Source of the DNA: the human T2T-CHM13v2.0 reference genome, Homo sapiens
Reading direction: 5' to 3' (one strand)
NCBI RefSeq assembly: GCF_009914755.1
Contig: NC_060933.1
DNA length: 64,000 nucleotides
Each line of letters opens with the position of its first letter. Positions within the stretch are counted from its first letter, which is position 1. Under the pieces are notes generated by a model. It was not told the origin of the DNA and searched no databases. It worked only from the letters and a program-made list of their open reading frames with translations. A program made the translations under genes and the position numbers. Shown here in pieces: positions 50,364-64,000 of this stretch.

Positions 50364-51663
50364 CTCCAGGGTCTCCCTATGTAAGCCTCCAGGGTTCTTT
50401 CCATGTCTCAGGACTTCCTGACTTTATTTCTCTTTAAATCCACTAGCACCACTTCTCTCTCTGTAACATTGGTAGCTCAGTGGATCATCTTAGCAGTTCC
50501 CAAAGACAAGCATACAGACCCTGTCGTCTTAAGGGTTTTAATGGTGATCACCATGGGTAAAACAGAGGGCATAGCACAAACGGCAACCTTGGAGGAGTTA
50601 CCATGATGGGAGGGGGCCGCAAGGCGGGTAGGGGAGATAGGGAGGAGCAGAGACTGAGCAGCCCATGCAAGATTCTGGCACTAGAAGGAAAAACGAAAAA
50701 GCGTCTTGTTGCTTATGATCCGGTAGGAATGATGCAACACACTTTTGAGGCCATGTTATGATTTAATTAGAAAGGAGAGGAAGGTTTAGTCCACCCTTAA
50801 AATATAAATAACAACCCCATCACCATTTTACTAATTAAGGAACTGGAAATTCAGTTATAAAATAGTTTGGGCTCACACATCTGAATGAGAGGCATGTGTG
50901 GCTGCTGCTAACACACAGAAATCTGAGAGATGGAGGCACAATGGAATGCTGTCCTTTTGAGGTTTTAAACTTCCCTCCCAGCTAAGCAAATCATTTCTGT
51001 GTCTATTTCAGGATTTAAATATTCTAAAAAATCAAACTAGCAGTCTGCGTATTTATTTTCTTTTTCTTCTGTGGAATATGAAAGCAATCATGAATGATAA
51101 CATAGGCTTTATTAGAAGAAAATCCAAAGAAATTCTGGCCAGACAGGCAACGAAGAATGCAGCTCCAAGAAGAATCTGTTGCTGGGTGCCTGCACTTCAT
51201 GACCTCCACATCTCCTCTCCTCTCCTCTCCTCTCGTTGGGTAAATTTCCTCTGGGAGAATCAATATTGCTCCCCAAGTCCCCCTGTGCTCTCAGAAGGTC
51301 AGGTGGACATGAGAAGAGTTCAGGGCAAGAGTGTAAGGAGAGCGAGGTATGGGAGATTCCTCTGGTGGGTGAGAAAGGGGAAGTGAGGGTTTTATTATTT
51401 CTGTTATTTGGGTTTGTCTGGGTTGAGCTGAGAAAGAAGTGCTGGCTGAAGTTTGAGAAGCCACATTACCACCGTGATAATACCACATGTGAGAGGTTGG
51501 GATGAGGGGGCACAAAGAAGGTCTATTTTCTCCATGGTTTTGGTTCCTCTGAGCAAACCAGATTTTCTAAATTGTGGGGGTAGCTGGGTGGGGGTAGTGC
51601 AATTTGTTACCTTGAATTGGTTTTTTTTTTTTTTTAATAGTTTGGGTAAAACTACTAAGAGAA

Positions 51664-52073
51664 GTAATGGATGAATGGATAAACAATATGTGGTATATCT
51701 GTACAATGGAATATTGTTCAGCCTTAAAAACAAGGAAATTCTGACACACGCTACAACATGCGTGAATGCTGAGGACACTATGCAAAGTGAAGTAAGCCAT
51801 AACAAAAGGACCAATTCCATTTGACGCCATTCATGCGACGAACCTACAGTAGTCAAATTTATAGAGACAGAATGTAGAATGTGGGTTACAGGGACTGGGG
51901 GAGGGGGAAATGGAGAGTTATTGTTTAATGGGTGCAGAGTTTCAGTTTGGGAAGATGAAAAGTTCTGGAGGTTAACTGCACAATGTGAATATGCCTGACT
52001 ACTGAATAGTACGCCTAGAAATGGTTAAGATAGTAAATTTTATGTTGTGCAGTTTTTTATCACAGTAAGAAAA
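51664..52073 (+). mobile_element. L1MB 3' end fragment
   Basis: ggatgaatggataaacaa...gtagtcaaatttatagagacagaa...gtttcagtttgggaagatgaaaagttctgga...aaatggttaagatagtaaattttatgtt. Confidence 0.88.
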
Positions 52074-55027
52074 GAGATATGGGATTTCTGATTTTTTTTT
52101 TTGGATTCTTCTTAAATTTTGGTGTATGTATTTAAAGAAGGATTTTTTTTTTTTAATGAGTAGCAGAAATTTCCAGTGAGCTGAGTACCATAAGCCTTTT
52201 TTTTTTTCTTCTCCTAAAGATCTTGCTATGGAGAAGAGAGGTTTTTTTTTTTGTTCTTATTTTTGTGTTTCCTACTCATAAGCCAATCCAACTTTGGGGG
52301 AAGAAAGAAAACATTTAATGAGCACTTTCTCTGTACCTGCCCCTTTTACATATGTTATCTTGTTTAATATTCATAATAACTGTTTAAGTCAACATATAAG
52401 TAAAACTGAAGGTCAAGAGAGGTTCAATTATTTACTTAAATCATACATGTGGTAATACTAACACGTGGTGATACATGTGGAGCAACATCCTTAAGACTAC
52501 TTGGCATTTATTAAACACTTACTGTGTGCCAGACACTTACTATGTGCAAGGGTTTTACTCATTTAAGCACTAGACCTGCATTAAAATCTAACTGCTTGAT
52601 CTTCTGACTGCATTCCCCCATTTGTAGGCCATGTGACTGAGGCTCAGAGAGGATCAATGACATGCCCAAAGTCACACAGCTACTTAACACCAGAGCTAGG
52701 ATCAGCGGTCATATCAATGCTGTTTCCAATTCATATTCTTTGCTATCTTCTGATTTAGACAAAAGAAGTATAAACCCTATTTAACTGGGAAACATACTTT
52801 TTAAAAAATTAAAAAATTATAATTAAAAAATAATTATTAAAATAAAAAAATAATTTAAAAATGGAGATATCTCTTTTAAAGGGAACATTTAGCAAACTCT
52901 AGACTGGTTTTATGGGTTGTGTTTCACTTTGGCATATCTGCTAGAGTCACTGAAATCACGAATAAAGGGACAATAAGATCACTTTTCTAGATGTAATTTC
53001 AACTCTCAAATGGTGTAGTCCATGTAACTTTATGAATAAATAAATACAATGTTCTGAATTTTCTGGGGTGTGGGTGAATCAAAGATTATTCTTACTTGTA
53101 TTACACAGTATTTTTTATGGCTACAATGGACATGTCTGACTAATGGGAAGCCACCACATCACAAGAAAATAATAAAGCTGAGGCATGAAGTCCTTGTTTA
53201 GGATGAGCTGGAAATTTTTCTGGGTTCCACATTCTGTCTTGTGATGAATTCTTTTTGGTTTTGAATAAATGCCATCGACTCTCAGACCAAGGCCGTGCAT
53301 CAGCTTGAGCTATGTTGCTTGTTCTCTCTTTGCCTTTCCTTGTATCTTTCTTGCTCTTCTTAGGTTCAGCATGGTAACAATATGCTTTAATTTTATGCTT
53401 CTTTCCTGGTATCAGAACTGAACCTCGAAGCCACACAAACCTCAATTTTTTTTCTTTCAATTTTCTGCTGGAGTCCAGAGGAATTCAGATTTAGAATCAA
53501 TACATGACATGTCAAAAAAGAATTAAACAGAGTTGGTAACGTGAAGATAAAATGTTTCTTTCCTCCCTCGGGTTTAACTTTGTCTAAAGTAATAATAAAA
53601 GGGGGAGCTTACCATGAGTAAGCAATTTGCTCTGCTTCCGTCTAACCTGACAGCCAACTGATTTTATGACACAGGTTGTAAGATGAATTAAACCAATAAT
53701 ATTTATTTGCTTTTCAGCATGAAAAAAATAGATCTATCTGTTTCTAAGGTTATTATATCCACCATTGAAGGAAATGCCACCCAGAGATACGATCTTTCCT
53801 GTACTTTGAAGCCTATCATTATCTTTCTTTCAGAGAAAGCAAACATATGTGTACACATGTACACAAACACACAAACACATACTATATTTTATTAGTTAGC
53901 CCCCTTTTTTCTCCTAGCACGCTGAAGGGAAATAGAGACAGTAAAATGCTGCCCACACAATTCAGCAGGCTTCACTGTGGGCTTCTATCAATATTTACTA
54001 CTGAGGGGCCCTAGGGCTTCTTGCAAGACTATTTTGGCCTCTAGTGAAAAACCTCTGCGTTCTGACTCTGATTTCAACACTGTTCAATTTCCTGACTGTG
54101 GAAAAGGATTTCCACTAAATTTCCCCTCCATAAACCTGGTATTGTAATAAATAAATGCTTTCTTCTCACCACCTCTTACCCCTAGGACCTCCTTGTATCT
54201 GTGAGGATTCAGTAATATTTGTAAGAGACTTTGTACCTAGGATTATCTCTTGTAAGTGTGAAGTTCAGGTCATTTGGTTTTTCTGCTCTATTTAAGGATT
54301 TATTCCCTTGGATCAAACCTGGATTTGACCTCTCAGAGGTTTAAGTTTCTATCGTGCGACATTGTGCTTGAATCAGAAACACTCTACTTCTGTGTTTTGT
54401 CAAAGGCCAATCCTATGACCTTTTTCATAATCAGGTTTGATACTGTCCATCCTACTTTCCATTTCGGTTTCTATCACCTCTACAATCGGGGTAATATCTG
54501 AAATAAGACTAGAAATTTGCTGTTCTAATTCTTGGTTGAGTGCTGGCTCCTGGGCCTATATTGATGGTGAAGGCCGGGGATTGACAAAAAGGCAAATGAG
54601 TCATCTCTAAAGTTGTCTTGTGGCAGAAGAACAAATTGTTGAAAATAAAAATTCCTTCAAAACATAACATTTGATTGCCTTGACCTTTTTTTCTGAGTTG
54701 GCTTTTTCTTTTGAGTGAGGATAAGCCACAGTGATGTTTCAGCTCCATAAACTCCAAAGAGTTGTAGGAGAAGACATATAGTCAGGATGAGAAGAACCAG
54801 ATCAAGGCCATTGTTCAGGCTCGAAGACTCACATGGGAGCAGGCTAAACGCTAGGGCTACCCAGATGGTCAAAATCAGCATTCTCATAGTTTGTGACAAT
54901 ATTCTCTCACTGGTCTCCTTGCTTCAGTCTTTCCCTTGACCTATGAACAATATAAATGGGATCACAGTCATTCTGCTGCTTAAAATTCTGTAGTGGCTTC
55001 CACAACCTTAGACTAGAACACCAAATT

Positions 55028-57743
55028 TTTTTATTTTTATTTATTTATTAATTAAACTTTTATTTTAGGTTCAGGGGTACATGTGCAGGTTTGTTATATA
55101 GGTAAACTGGTGTCATGGGGGTTTGTTGTACGGACTGTTTTGTCACTAGATATTAAGCCTAGTACCCATTAGTTATTTTTCCTAATCCTCTCCCTCCTCC
55201 CACCCTCTGCCTTCCAATAGGCCCTGGTGTGTGTTGCTCCCCTCTATGTGTTTATGTGTTTTCATCATTTAGCTCCCACTTGTAAGTAAGAATATGTGGT
55301 ATTTAGTTTTCTGTTCCTGAATTAGTTTACTAAGTATAATGGCCTCCAGCTCCATCCACATTGCTGCAAAGGACATCATCTTGTTCTTTTTTATGGCTGC
55401 CTAGTATTCCATGGTGTATATGTATTATATTTTCTTTACCCAATATGCCATTGATGGGCATTTAGATTGATTCCATGTCTCTGTTATTGTGAATAGTGCT
55501 GCAATGAATATATAGATCAGATCACACGTGGGCTTGGAGAATGAGTGCAAGGTTTTATTAGTAGAAGTAGCTCTCAGCAGATTGGGGAGCCAGAAAGGAG
55601 ATGGTTTTCCCCTAGAGTCGGGCCACTGGGCAATGTGTTTTCCCCTCTATGTGTTTATGTATTTTCATCATTTAGTTCCCACTAATAAGTGAGAACACGT
55701 GGTATTTAGTTTTCTGTTCCTGCATTAGTTTGCTAAGTATAATGGCCTCCAGCTCCATCCATGTTGCTGCAAAGGACATCATCTGCATAGTATTCCATGA
55801 TGTATATGTATTACATTTTTTTTTTTTTTTTTTTACCAAATATGCCATTGATGGGCATTTAGGTTGATTCCATGTCTTTGCTATTGTGAATAGTGCAATG
55901 ATTGAACTTCATTCGCGGACTCTTCTCCGATTGCTTCCACCGCACCAGCCAAACTCCTTGTAGTTCTGCTTCTTTCTGTCAGTGGATGGCCTGCTCTTCC
56001 GCCGGCATGCTCTCGATGACCAGCCGCTTGTGTCTTCTTCACTGATGTGTTCCTCTTGATGTCCTCTTGCTTGTGTCCCTCCCCCTGATGTGTTCCTCTC
56101 ACCATCCAGCAGCTTCTGTCTCGTCTTGCTAGGGTCTCGGGTTTTTATAGGCCCAGGATAGGGCATGGCAGGCCAGAGTGGTATTGGAAAATGCAGCATT
56201 TGGGCGAGAAGGCAGAAGTGCCTGTCCTTACTTAGATCTGTGGGGGTGGAGACCTAGCCAGGGACCACGCCCTCCTCTACCCAGCACTTTCCTTCCCGCT
56301 TTCCATATCATTTAAAGGGACCACGCTCTTCCCTTCCCAGCACTCCCGTATTATTTGCTATTGTGAATAGTGCTGTAACGAACATACGTGTGCCTGTGTC
56401 TTTATGGTAGAATGATTTATATTCCTTTGTATATATATACCCAGTAATAAGATTGTGGGTTGAGTGGTAGTTCTGTTTGTAGCTCTTTGAGGAATAACCA
56501 CACTACTTTCCACAATGGTTGAACTAATTTACGCTTCCACAAACAGTGGATAACCGTTTCCTTTTCTCCACAACCTCACTAGCATCTGTTAGTTTTTGAA
56601 TTTTTAATAATAGCCATTCTGGCTGGTGTGAGATGGTACCTCATTGTTGTTTGGATTTTTATTTCTCTAATCATCAGTGATATTGAGCTTTTTTTTTCAT
56701 ATGCTCGTTGGCCATAGGTAAGTCTTCTTTTGAAAAGTGCCTGTTCATGTTCTTCCCACTTTTTAACAGGGTTATTTATTTTTTTCTTGTAAATTTGTTT
56801 AAGTTCCTTACAGATGCTAGATATTAGCATCCTTGCCTTGTGCTGGTTTCCAAGGGGAATGTTTCCAACTTTTGCTCATTTAGTATGGTGTTGGCTGTGG
56901 GTTTGTCATAGATGGCTCTTATTATTTTGAGGTATGTTCCTTCGATATCTAATTTGTTTAGAATTTTTAACATGAAGGGGTGTCGAATTTTATCAAAAGG
57001 CTCTTCTGCATCAAAAGTCTTTTCTGCATCTATTGAGACAATCATGTGGTTTTTGTCTCGAGTTCTGTTTATGTGATGAGTCACATTTATTGATTTGCAT
57101 ATGTTGAACCAACCTTGCATCCCAGGGATAAAGCCTACTTGATAGTGGTGGATAAGCCTTTTGGTATACTGTTGGATTTGATTTTTCAGTATTTTGTTGA
57201 GGATTTTTGCATCAATGTTCATCTAAGCATACTGGCTTAAAGTTTTCTTTTTTTTGTTGTGACTCTCCCAGGTTTTAGTATCAGGATGATGTTGGCCTCA
57301 CAGAATGAGTTGGGGTAGAGTCCCTCCTTGTCAACTTTTTGGAATAGTTTCAGCAGGAATGGTACCAGCTCTTCTTTTTACATTTGGTAGGATTCAGCTG
57401 TGAATCTGTCTAGTCCTGGGCTTTTTTATTGTTGGTGGGCTATTTATTACTAATTCCATTTCAGACCTTGTTATTGGTCTATTCAGTGAACCAATTTCTT
57501 CCTTGTTCAGTCTTGGGAGGGTGTATATATCCAGGAATCTATCCACTTCTATGTTTTTCAGTACGTGTGTGTAGAGGTGTCATAGTAGTCTCTGATGGTT
57601 GTTTGTATTTCTGTGGGGTCAGTGGGAACATCCCCTTTGTCATTCCTAATTGTCTTTATTTGGATCTTCTCTCTTTTCTTCTTCATTAGTCTAGATAGTG
57701 GCCTACCTTGTTAATTTTTTCAAAAAACCACATCCTGGACTTC
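55028..57743 (-). mobile_element. 5'-truncated L1PA15/16-like element, internally rearranged, inserted in an L2
   Basis: L1 3' UTR at 55028-55512; ORF2 RT fragment ([23 protein letters not shown] 56824..57222); TSD agaacaccaaatt (55015-55027) / agaacacaaaatt (57744-57756); L2 sequence on both flanks. Confidence 0.9.
55513..56353 (-). mobile_element. LTR1-family (HUERS-P2-type ERV1) LTR in two pieces, about 55513-55633 and 55915-56353
   Basis: Minus strand starts taatacgggagtgctgggaagggaagagcgtggtccctttaaatg; TATAAAAA at 56142-56149; AATAAA at 55554-55559; U5 end appears missing. Confidence 0.75.
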
Positions 57744-58188
57744 AGAACACAAAATTCTTACTAAGACCTTTTGTTGTCTTGTCCCTGCCTATTCCTGTAA
57801 CCTGATTTCATTTTCCTCTTGCTCACTACTCTCCAGTCACATTAACTTGCTTTAATTTTCTTGCACTTGCCAAGCTCTTTCTTGCCAGCAGATCTTTGGC
57901 TATGTTGTTTTTCTTGCCTGAAAAGCTCTTTGTCCATTTGACTCCTACTGATTCTTCAGGTTTTAGCTTAATGTTACTTTCTTGGAAAGGCCTTTCCTGT
58001 TGGTCTATTTCAAAGTACTCTGTTCTTTTCATGGCACATAGCATAATTTGTTAATTTGTATTTATATGTTTGTTGGGGCATAAGAGAAATATCTGTCTTA
58101 ATCACTGGATAGTAAGATTTGTAAAGGTAGGACAGAGATTTGTTTTATGTACTATCGAGCTTCCAATAATTGGCAAGTAGATAAATAA

Positions 58189-58232
58189 TGTGTGTGTGTG
58201 TGTGTGTGTGCGTATGCATGTGTGCATGCGTG
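58189..58232. repeat. (TG)n / alternating purine-pyrimidine tract
   Basis: Seen directly. Confidence 0.9.
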
Positions 58233-59510
58233 TATATCTTGGGGTCAAGAGCAAGATGAACAGCTCATACTCAGATCACACACAGCACCAAGCCAAGTAA
58301 TGAGATAAAACTAGGCAAGCTGTTGAATATCAGGAGACCCAGTTCCTCAGGAGCAAGGTTGTATATCAAAGACCTGGCAAATAGCACAGGATGAGGAAAT
58401 GTGTGTGCTCTAAACATACAGGAGGAATCCAAATAAAACATTGGGAAAGCTGATAGTGCCAGACATAGGACCTTAGCAAGGTAGTAGGTAGTAGACACAC
58501 AGCACCAGCAACAAGGACACTACAACACGGCAGGAGTGTCCTGGCTCATCAAGGAAGATTCTTATAGGAGAGCATTTGGATTTCACTGAAATGATTCAAT
58601 TCACGAGGTCTTACTGTGGGTCTCCTATAACAGTTACCAGGTCTGACATCCCTTTTTGCCCTACAGGCTCCCTGGAATGTCTACATTTGATTTCTCACCT
58701 GTGGATACTCAGTGTGCACAATCCCTCATCCCAGCCAGAGTGTGCTGTGCAAACACTGCGTGACCATTTTCAATATTCACCATATAGTTTGTAATTATCA
58801 TGGCTCTCTTCTCTTCCCAAGGGCATTTAGATTGGGTGATAGAACATTCTCATCTATTTTAAATGAGTTGTATCAGATTAAAAGATCCTGGGGCTGAAAA
58901 ACCCACTCAAGTAACAAAAAGGAAAAAAAAATCATTCAAGGCTGCTTTTACAAAATGATTTTTTGCTTTGTAAAGGCTACCCACCCTTATCAGGGAAGAG
59001 AGAGACACAAAGGAATGTTCTGGCATCTTGCTGGGTTGATAAAACAAAGGCTGTTTGAATAGGATGTTGTCGACCATTTTCAAATAATTTTCCTTTATTG
59101 AGTAAATTTATGTGTTTTAAATGAATAAATTACTGCTATTATTATTGATCAATCCTTTTTTCTCCTTCAAGGTTGTTCTTCAAGTGTTTCTATAATAAAA
59201 TAAGACAAAATCTAAGACAACATCAGCACAGTTTTCTCCTTCTAACCCATTTCTTCCACTTAAGTACGTATTTCAGTTTTGTTGAGAAGGAAGGTTTTCT
59301 TTTCCTGACATAAAAGCGGCTCAGTAAAGAGCATCCCACATCCTGTGACCCTACCTTTTGCCTGTGTGGACACTTTCTGGGGAAACAGTGTCCACGGTAA
59401 ACGAAAATAAGCAATAAGTTGTGAATTAGGATTGACTTTCCCAGGAACGAGTTTTTAAATGGGCGATCCACCATATCAAAACCAGAGGCGGAAAGTAATA
59501 GCAACTGTTA

Positions 59511-59821
<311 letters not shown>

Positions 59822-61835
59822 TGGGCCCTAAGCAAGTGCAAAGCCATAAGGGTTGGAGGCTGGGGAACTGCCAGGATGGCCTAGCTGTATTGGATTATCC
59901 CACTGGTATCATAATAGACACCTGAGGAGCGATAGATGCTAACACTGAGGGCTTCACACTGCAGCATGGCTTTGCAACTCAGCAGGTCAGCACTGAAGGC
60001 TTAGCACCACTGGCATCCTGTGAAAGCAGGCCTGAAGTGGTAATGGAATGGCTACATAGTTCAAAAGAAAGGTAACTGTGTTTAAAGAGAAGGTAAAGAA
60101 ACCTGTCTGAGTTGTAGCTGTCAATGTACATGGAAGAATATGACAGATGCCCAATTTCACTGCATACTAAACCAGAAAGGAAGGAAGAGACACAGTGATT
60201 ACTTCTGGAAATGTACATGTTATTTATTTACCATGGATTCATCATGATAGTGCATTGTGTGGCTACAGAATGCTTCTTAATGAAAATCCTCATGAGTAGA
60301 TGGATGCCCTCTTTTATAATTTAATACATGGCTCTTCTGTGAATACAGATTTAGTAAATGATGTCAGGAACAGAACAAGAAGATTTTATTTATAGCTATA
60401 CGTCCATATCCAGGTACTTGTAATATGATTTTTCTTTTTCTTTCCTCTCCCTCCTTCCCATCCTCCCTCCTTCTCTTCTCTGCTGCTACTGAAAACAGCC
60501 CAGCATTAGATAACTCCCTTGATTCTTTTTTAGGGATGAAGCAGTCATTTTCAGTCAACAATTCAGCTTATCAGGAGAAAATGACACAGAGTGGGGAGTA
60601 AACAAGAAAATAACCAGGGGCCTACTTTGAAGTTCCTTATTGAAAAGCAGGCAAGTCTTCCTCCTTCCTCTTACAAAGAGAACTCCCTCACAGGCATCTT
60701 CCCTCTCTGCCTGGGAGATATCCCTTCCCTACTACTTGTCTGCATGCTCCAAAAAGAATTTTGACTGTCTTCTCACCCAAGCACACTTTTTTATTTAACA
60801 ACAACAAAAAAAATCCCCCAGCTATAAAATGACAACTGAGCGCACACATGCAGAGCTACCAGGAAATCACAGTTCTTGCCAGCTTGGATGGCCCAGCCTA
60901 GACTATTTGCACTGAGGCTGAGGGTGTATAAACCACTGCTTTGTTGGACTCTCAGGGTGAGAGGAAATTTCTTAACCAAGAGCTCCGCATGGAAAACATT
61001 GTTTCTGTAACAGCCTGAGGTCAAACTCTGGGGATAGCTAGCAAGAATTCCATTGGCAGTGTTCAGTTGTCTTGAGGTTATGAAGGGAGAAAGGAATCCC
61101 TTTCCCTCTCACCACCTCCAAGATTCAGTGGGGCCTGGATTCTGAAGAACTCTGTCTGCCTCAGCCATTTTTGAAGTGTTCTTAAAAGCAGAGGTATGAA
61201 TTGCAGCTGAGGTTGTCTTTGTGGTGAAAAAACTCTTAGGCTTGAGGAAGCACTGCCTTTTTATCAGAAATACCCACCAGGTAGGAAAAGATAGAGATTA
61301 GAGGCACTGAGGAGTTGCAGACCTCCAAGATCTTGCTTATGTGCTTAGAAAATGATACAGCATTATCATGTATTATGTTTTGCAAAGGCTGTTATTTTCA
61401 AGGAACTGGTCCCACTAGGATATTCTTAGAACATTTTGAAGTAACATCCTTAGGAGATCGTAGTCATAGGCACTATTCAATCACAAAGGAGACTTTTAAG
61501 CCAACTGTTTTCAAATCTTATTTTAAAAAGTTTAAAGAAACAACTTTCAATAAGTTTGGAGATGAGAAAATCCAAATGCAAGGAACTGGGGTGGTGGGAG
61601 CCGGGGACAGGGGAGGATGGAGCAATCACTTGGGAGTGAAGGTTAATAGCCACCTGAAAAATCTCTGACTCAGCAAACTTCTTAATTGTTTTCCCTCTAA
61701 ACTTTCTACCTTCTAACATCCATTTCTAGGACATGAATAGATGGAAGAGGAAAAAGGCCTACCGGAGGTGTCTGGGACTTCTGCATGTGTTATCTCTGTG
61801 GCTGGTTTTTGTACCTGCCTCAAAAGCAGATGGAT

Positions 61836-62146
61836 GATCAGGGACTGTGGCTTGCATCTGTAATCCTAGCACTTGGGGAGGCTGAGGCCAGAGGATAGCT
61901 TGAGGTCAGGAGTTTGAGACCAGCTTGGGCAACATAGCAAGACCTGTCTCTACAAAAAATAAAAAAGATTAGCTGGGTGTGGTGGCGTGTGCTTGTGGCT
62001 CCAGCTACTCAGAAGGCTGAGGCAGGAAGATCACTTGAGCTCAGGATTTTAAAGCTGCAGTGAGTGATGATTTCAGTACTGTACTCCAGTGGATGGCAGA
62101 GTGAGACCCTGTCTCTGAAATTAAATAAAAATGAAAATAAATTTTA
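61836..62146 (+). mobile_element. AluJ (old, diverged)
   Basis: ggcaacatagcaagacc, gatcacttgagctcagga, gagaccctgtctc; TSD aaaagcagatggat (61822-61835) / aaaagcagatcaat (62147-62160). Confidence 0.9.
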
Positions 62147-63594
62147 AAAAGCAGATCAATATGAGATGATCAAGGTCCTCTGAATGGCAGAAGGCAGGGC
62201 CATGCTTACCTTGGAGCTCCTAGGATATTGACTGGTGCAAGGTGGGTGCTCAAATAATACCTGATAAATACGAGAAGAGTGGAGGGGAAAGAGGGAGGGA
62301 AGCAGAGAAAGAGAGAGAGAGACAGTACAAGACAGAAGGGGGAGGGAGGTCCCTCAAGTGTGTACTCTGAAACCTACCTGACTTAATGACTTGATTGTAC
62401 TGAATTATCACCTTGAGGAATCAAAGAAATGAACAGGAACTTAAAAATATTTTTTAACCCTAATTCAGCCTCCATTTACATTTTGGACTTACCCAATACA
62501 AGGATCTTTAAAGTTCAATTTGTGAAAACACCTGGTTTTTAGTATCTACTATCTTCCTTCATTTATTCTCTGGCATACAGCCAGTCACGCCCACCTGCGA
62601 TGAGCTTCAAATTTGGAAGAAGAGGAAAGAGTGCATTCTTAGAATGAGGTGACCAGAGGTGCTGGGTTTGAGATATGCCTTGGGGGCCTCTACGTAGCCG
62701 TCATCTTTCTTATTCCATCATGCTTTAGTCCTCATTTGGGGTCAAACACCAGAGCATAACCTATTGTAACAACTGAGCACATATGTAGGGAAGTGATAGA
62801 CATCTATCTAGACTTCCTCAAAAATAATCAAGAACTGTCCCAAGCTGGGGACATAAGTACGTGGGAGGGATGGGATCAAGGATACAATCAAGTGTGGGAG
62901 GATGGTTTAATCTCTTATGCTATATGGATTTTCATGTGATTAGTACCACCCGGTAGTAGTTTTCAAATGCCTTGCAGTACCTGGATTACAAAGATCAGGA
63001 AGTGACATTTTCTACTCTTGACTTTTAGTGATTATGCTTTTGTGAATTACTCCATGTTCTTAGGTACGAAATAGATATGATCTTGCAGTAGGATTTTATT
63101 GTGCCTCTTTTTTGGAAGGAGAGAGCTAGGGGACTCATTGCATCAGGAATCAATAGTGAGTCGACACCTTTTCGGGCTTCCTGTTGTTAGAGGTGGGGCT
63201 GCAGAGGGATAGAGAGTGCACAGAGGTGTGTAGCCCTCTAGGTGTGCCTGCTCCAAATGAGGCCGGTGGGCCTGCAATTTTGTGAAAAGTTTGCTGAAAA
63301 CGTTCTGGGAGGCAAGAATATTCCTTTCCCAAATACCTCTCATCACAGCAGGAGGTAAAACAAGACACCCCAGGAGGTAAAACAAGACACCCCAGAATTA
63401 ACCTGAATTGAAGGGGAAAAAGATCCTTGAAAAAGCAGTATTGCAAAGCAATATGACATTAATCATGCTTCCCGACTTTTGATTTGCTACAGTCTAGATC
63501 ATGTTTCTGACTTTCAAGAGTCTCCAGTTCTGATCATTTGAAGAGGATTTTAGGCTCTGGCAATGAGCCATATGAAAAAAAAAATGCCCACCAG

Positions 63595-64000
63595 ATGTAT
63601 CACTCTGGCTTCATTTTTTGTTCTCTCTTTGCTTCAGGCACACTGAACTTTTCTAGGACCTGAAGTTGCCTCACTATCCCTGCTGTATCAAGCACTTATG
63701 CCTCACTGGTGCCTCACCTCCTCGTTGGCTAATTTCAATGCATTCTGTGGTCACTGAGAAGCCTTTTCTAACCCCCAAGGCTGGGCTAAGATCCCTGCTC
63801 TGAGCCCCACATCATCCTGTGTTCCCTCAGGCCCAGGGATTAACCCGTTGCATTGGCAAGGTTTGTTTACTTGTCTGTGTCCCACTAGACAATGGGAAAG
63901 TTATATTTAAGTTTTCTGTGCCCCAATGCCCTCGTCTGTAAAACGGGAGCTTTAGGTATACCAATCATGGGATATGTGAAGATTAACTGAGTTAAAGTAT
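63595..64000 (+). mobile_element. L2 fragment (to about 63890) followed by a MIR fragment
   Basis: gagaagccttttctaacc...gtttgtttacttgtctgtgtcccactagac, then tctgtgccccaatgccctcgtctgtaaaacgggag...gtgaagattaactgagttaa. Confidence 0.6.

Noticed and set aside
56579-57222. Reverse-transcriptase-like ORFs
   Set aside because: Fragments of L1 ORF2 in a truncated, deleted element; cannot encode an active enzyme

Overview
Primate (human-like) nuclear DNA: AT-rich, CpG-depleted and dominated by interspersed repeats (AluY/S/J, L1PA/L1M, L2, MIR, MaLR/ERVL/ERV1 LTRs, hAT MERs). I see no intact protein-coding gene, spliced exon series or structural RNA gene, so it reads as intergenic or deep intronic. 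Most ORF-track entries are chance or repeat-derived. Main non-routine content: (1) a full-length disabled processed pseudogene of CDCA7 (short splice isoform, minus strand, 13161-15555) whose 5' target site was re-used by a later AluY; (2) a second 1.1-kb retrocopy, apparently 3'-UTR only, with a perfect 16-bp TSD and a parent I cannot name (25246-26339); (3) a 42-bp VNTR of about 25 copies (29875-30920) that is open in several frames; (4) a complex L1PA/LTR1 rearrangement with a locally templated duplication (55.0-57.7 kb); (5) nested LTRs, a 31-bp micro-retroposon and several non-B-DNA candidates. I found no convincing new functional gene system; the novel signals concern retrotransposition and rearrangement history. 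Repeat family names come from recalled consensus similarity, not a database run. Boundaries without TSD support are approximate.
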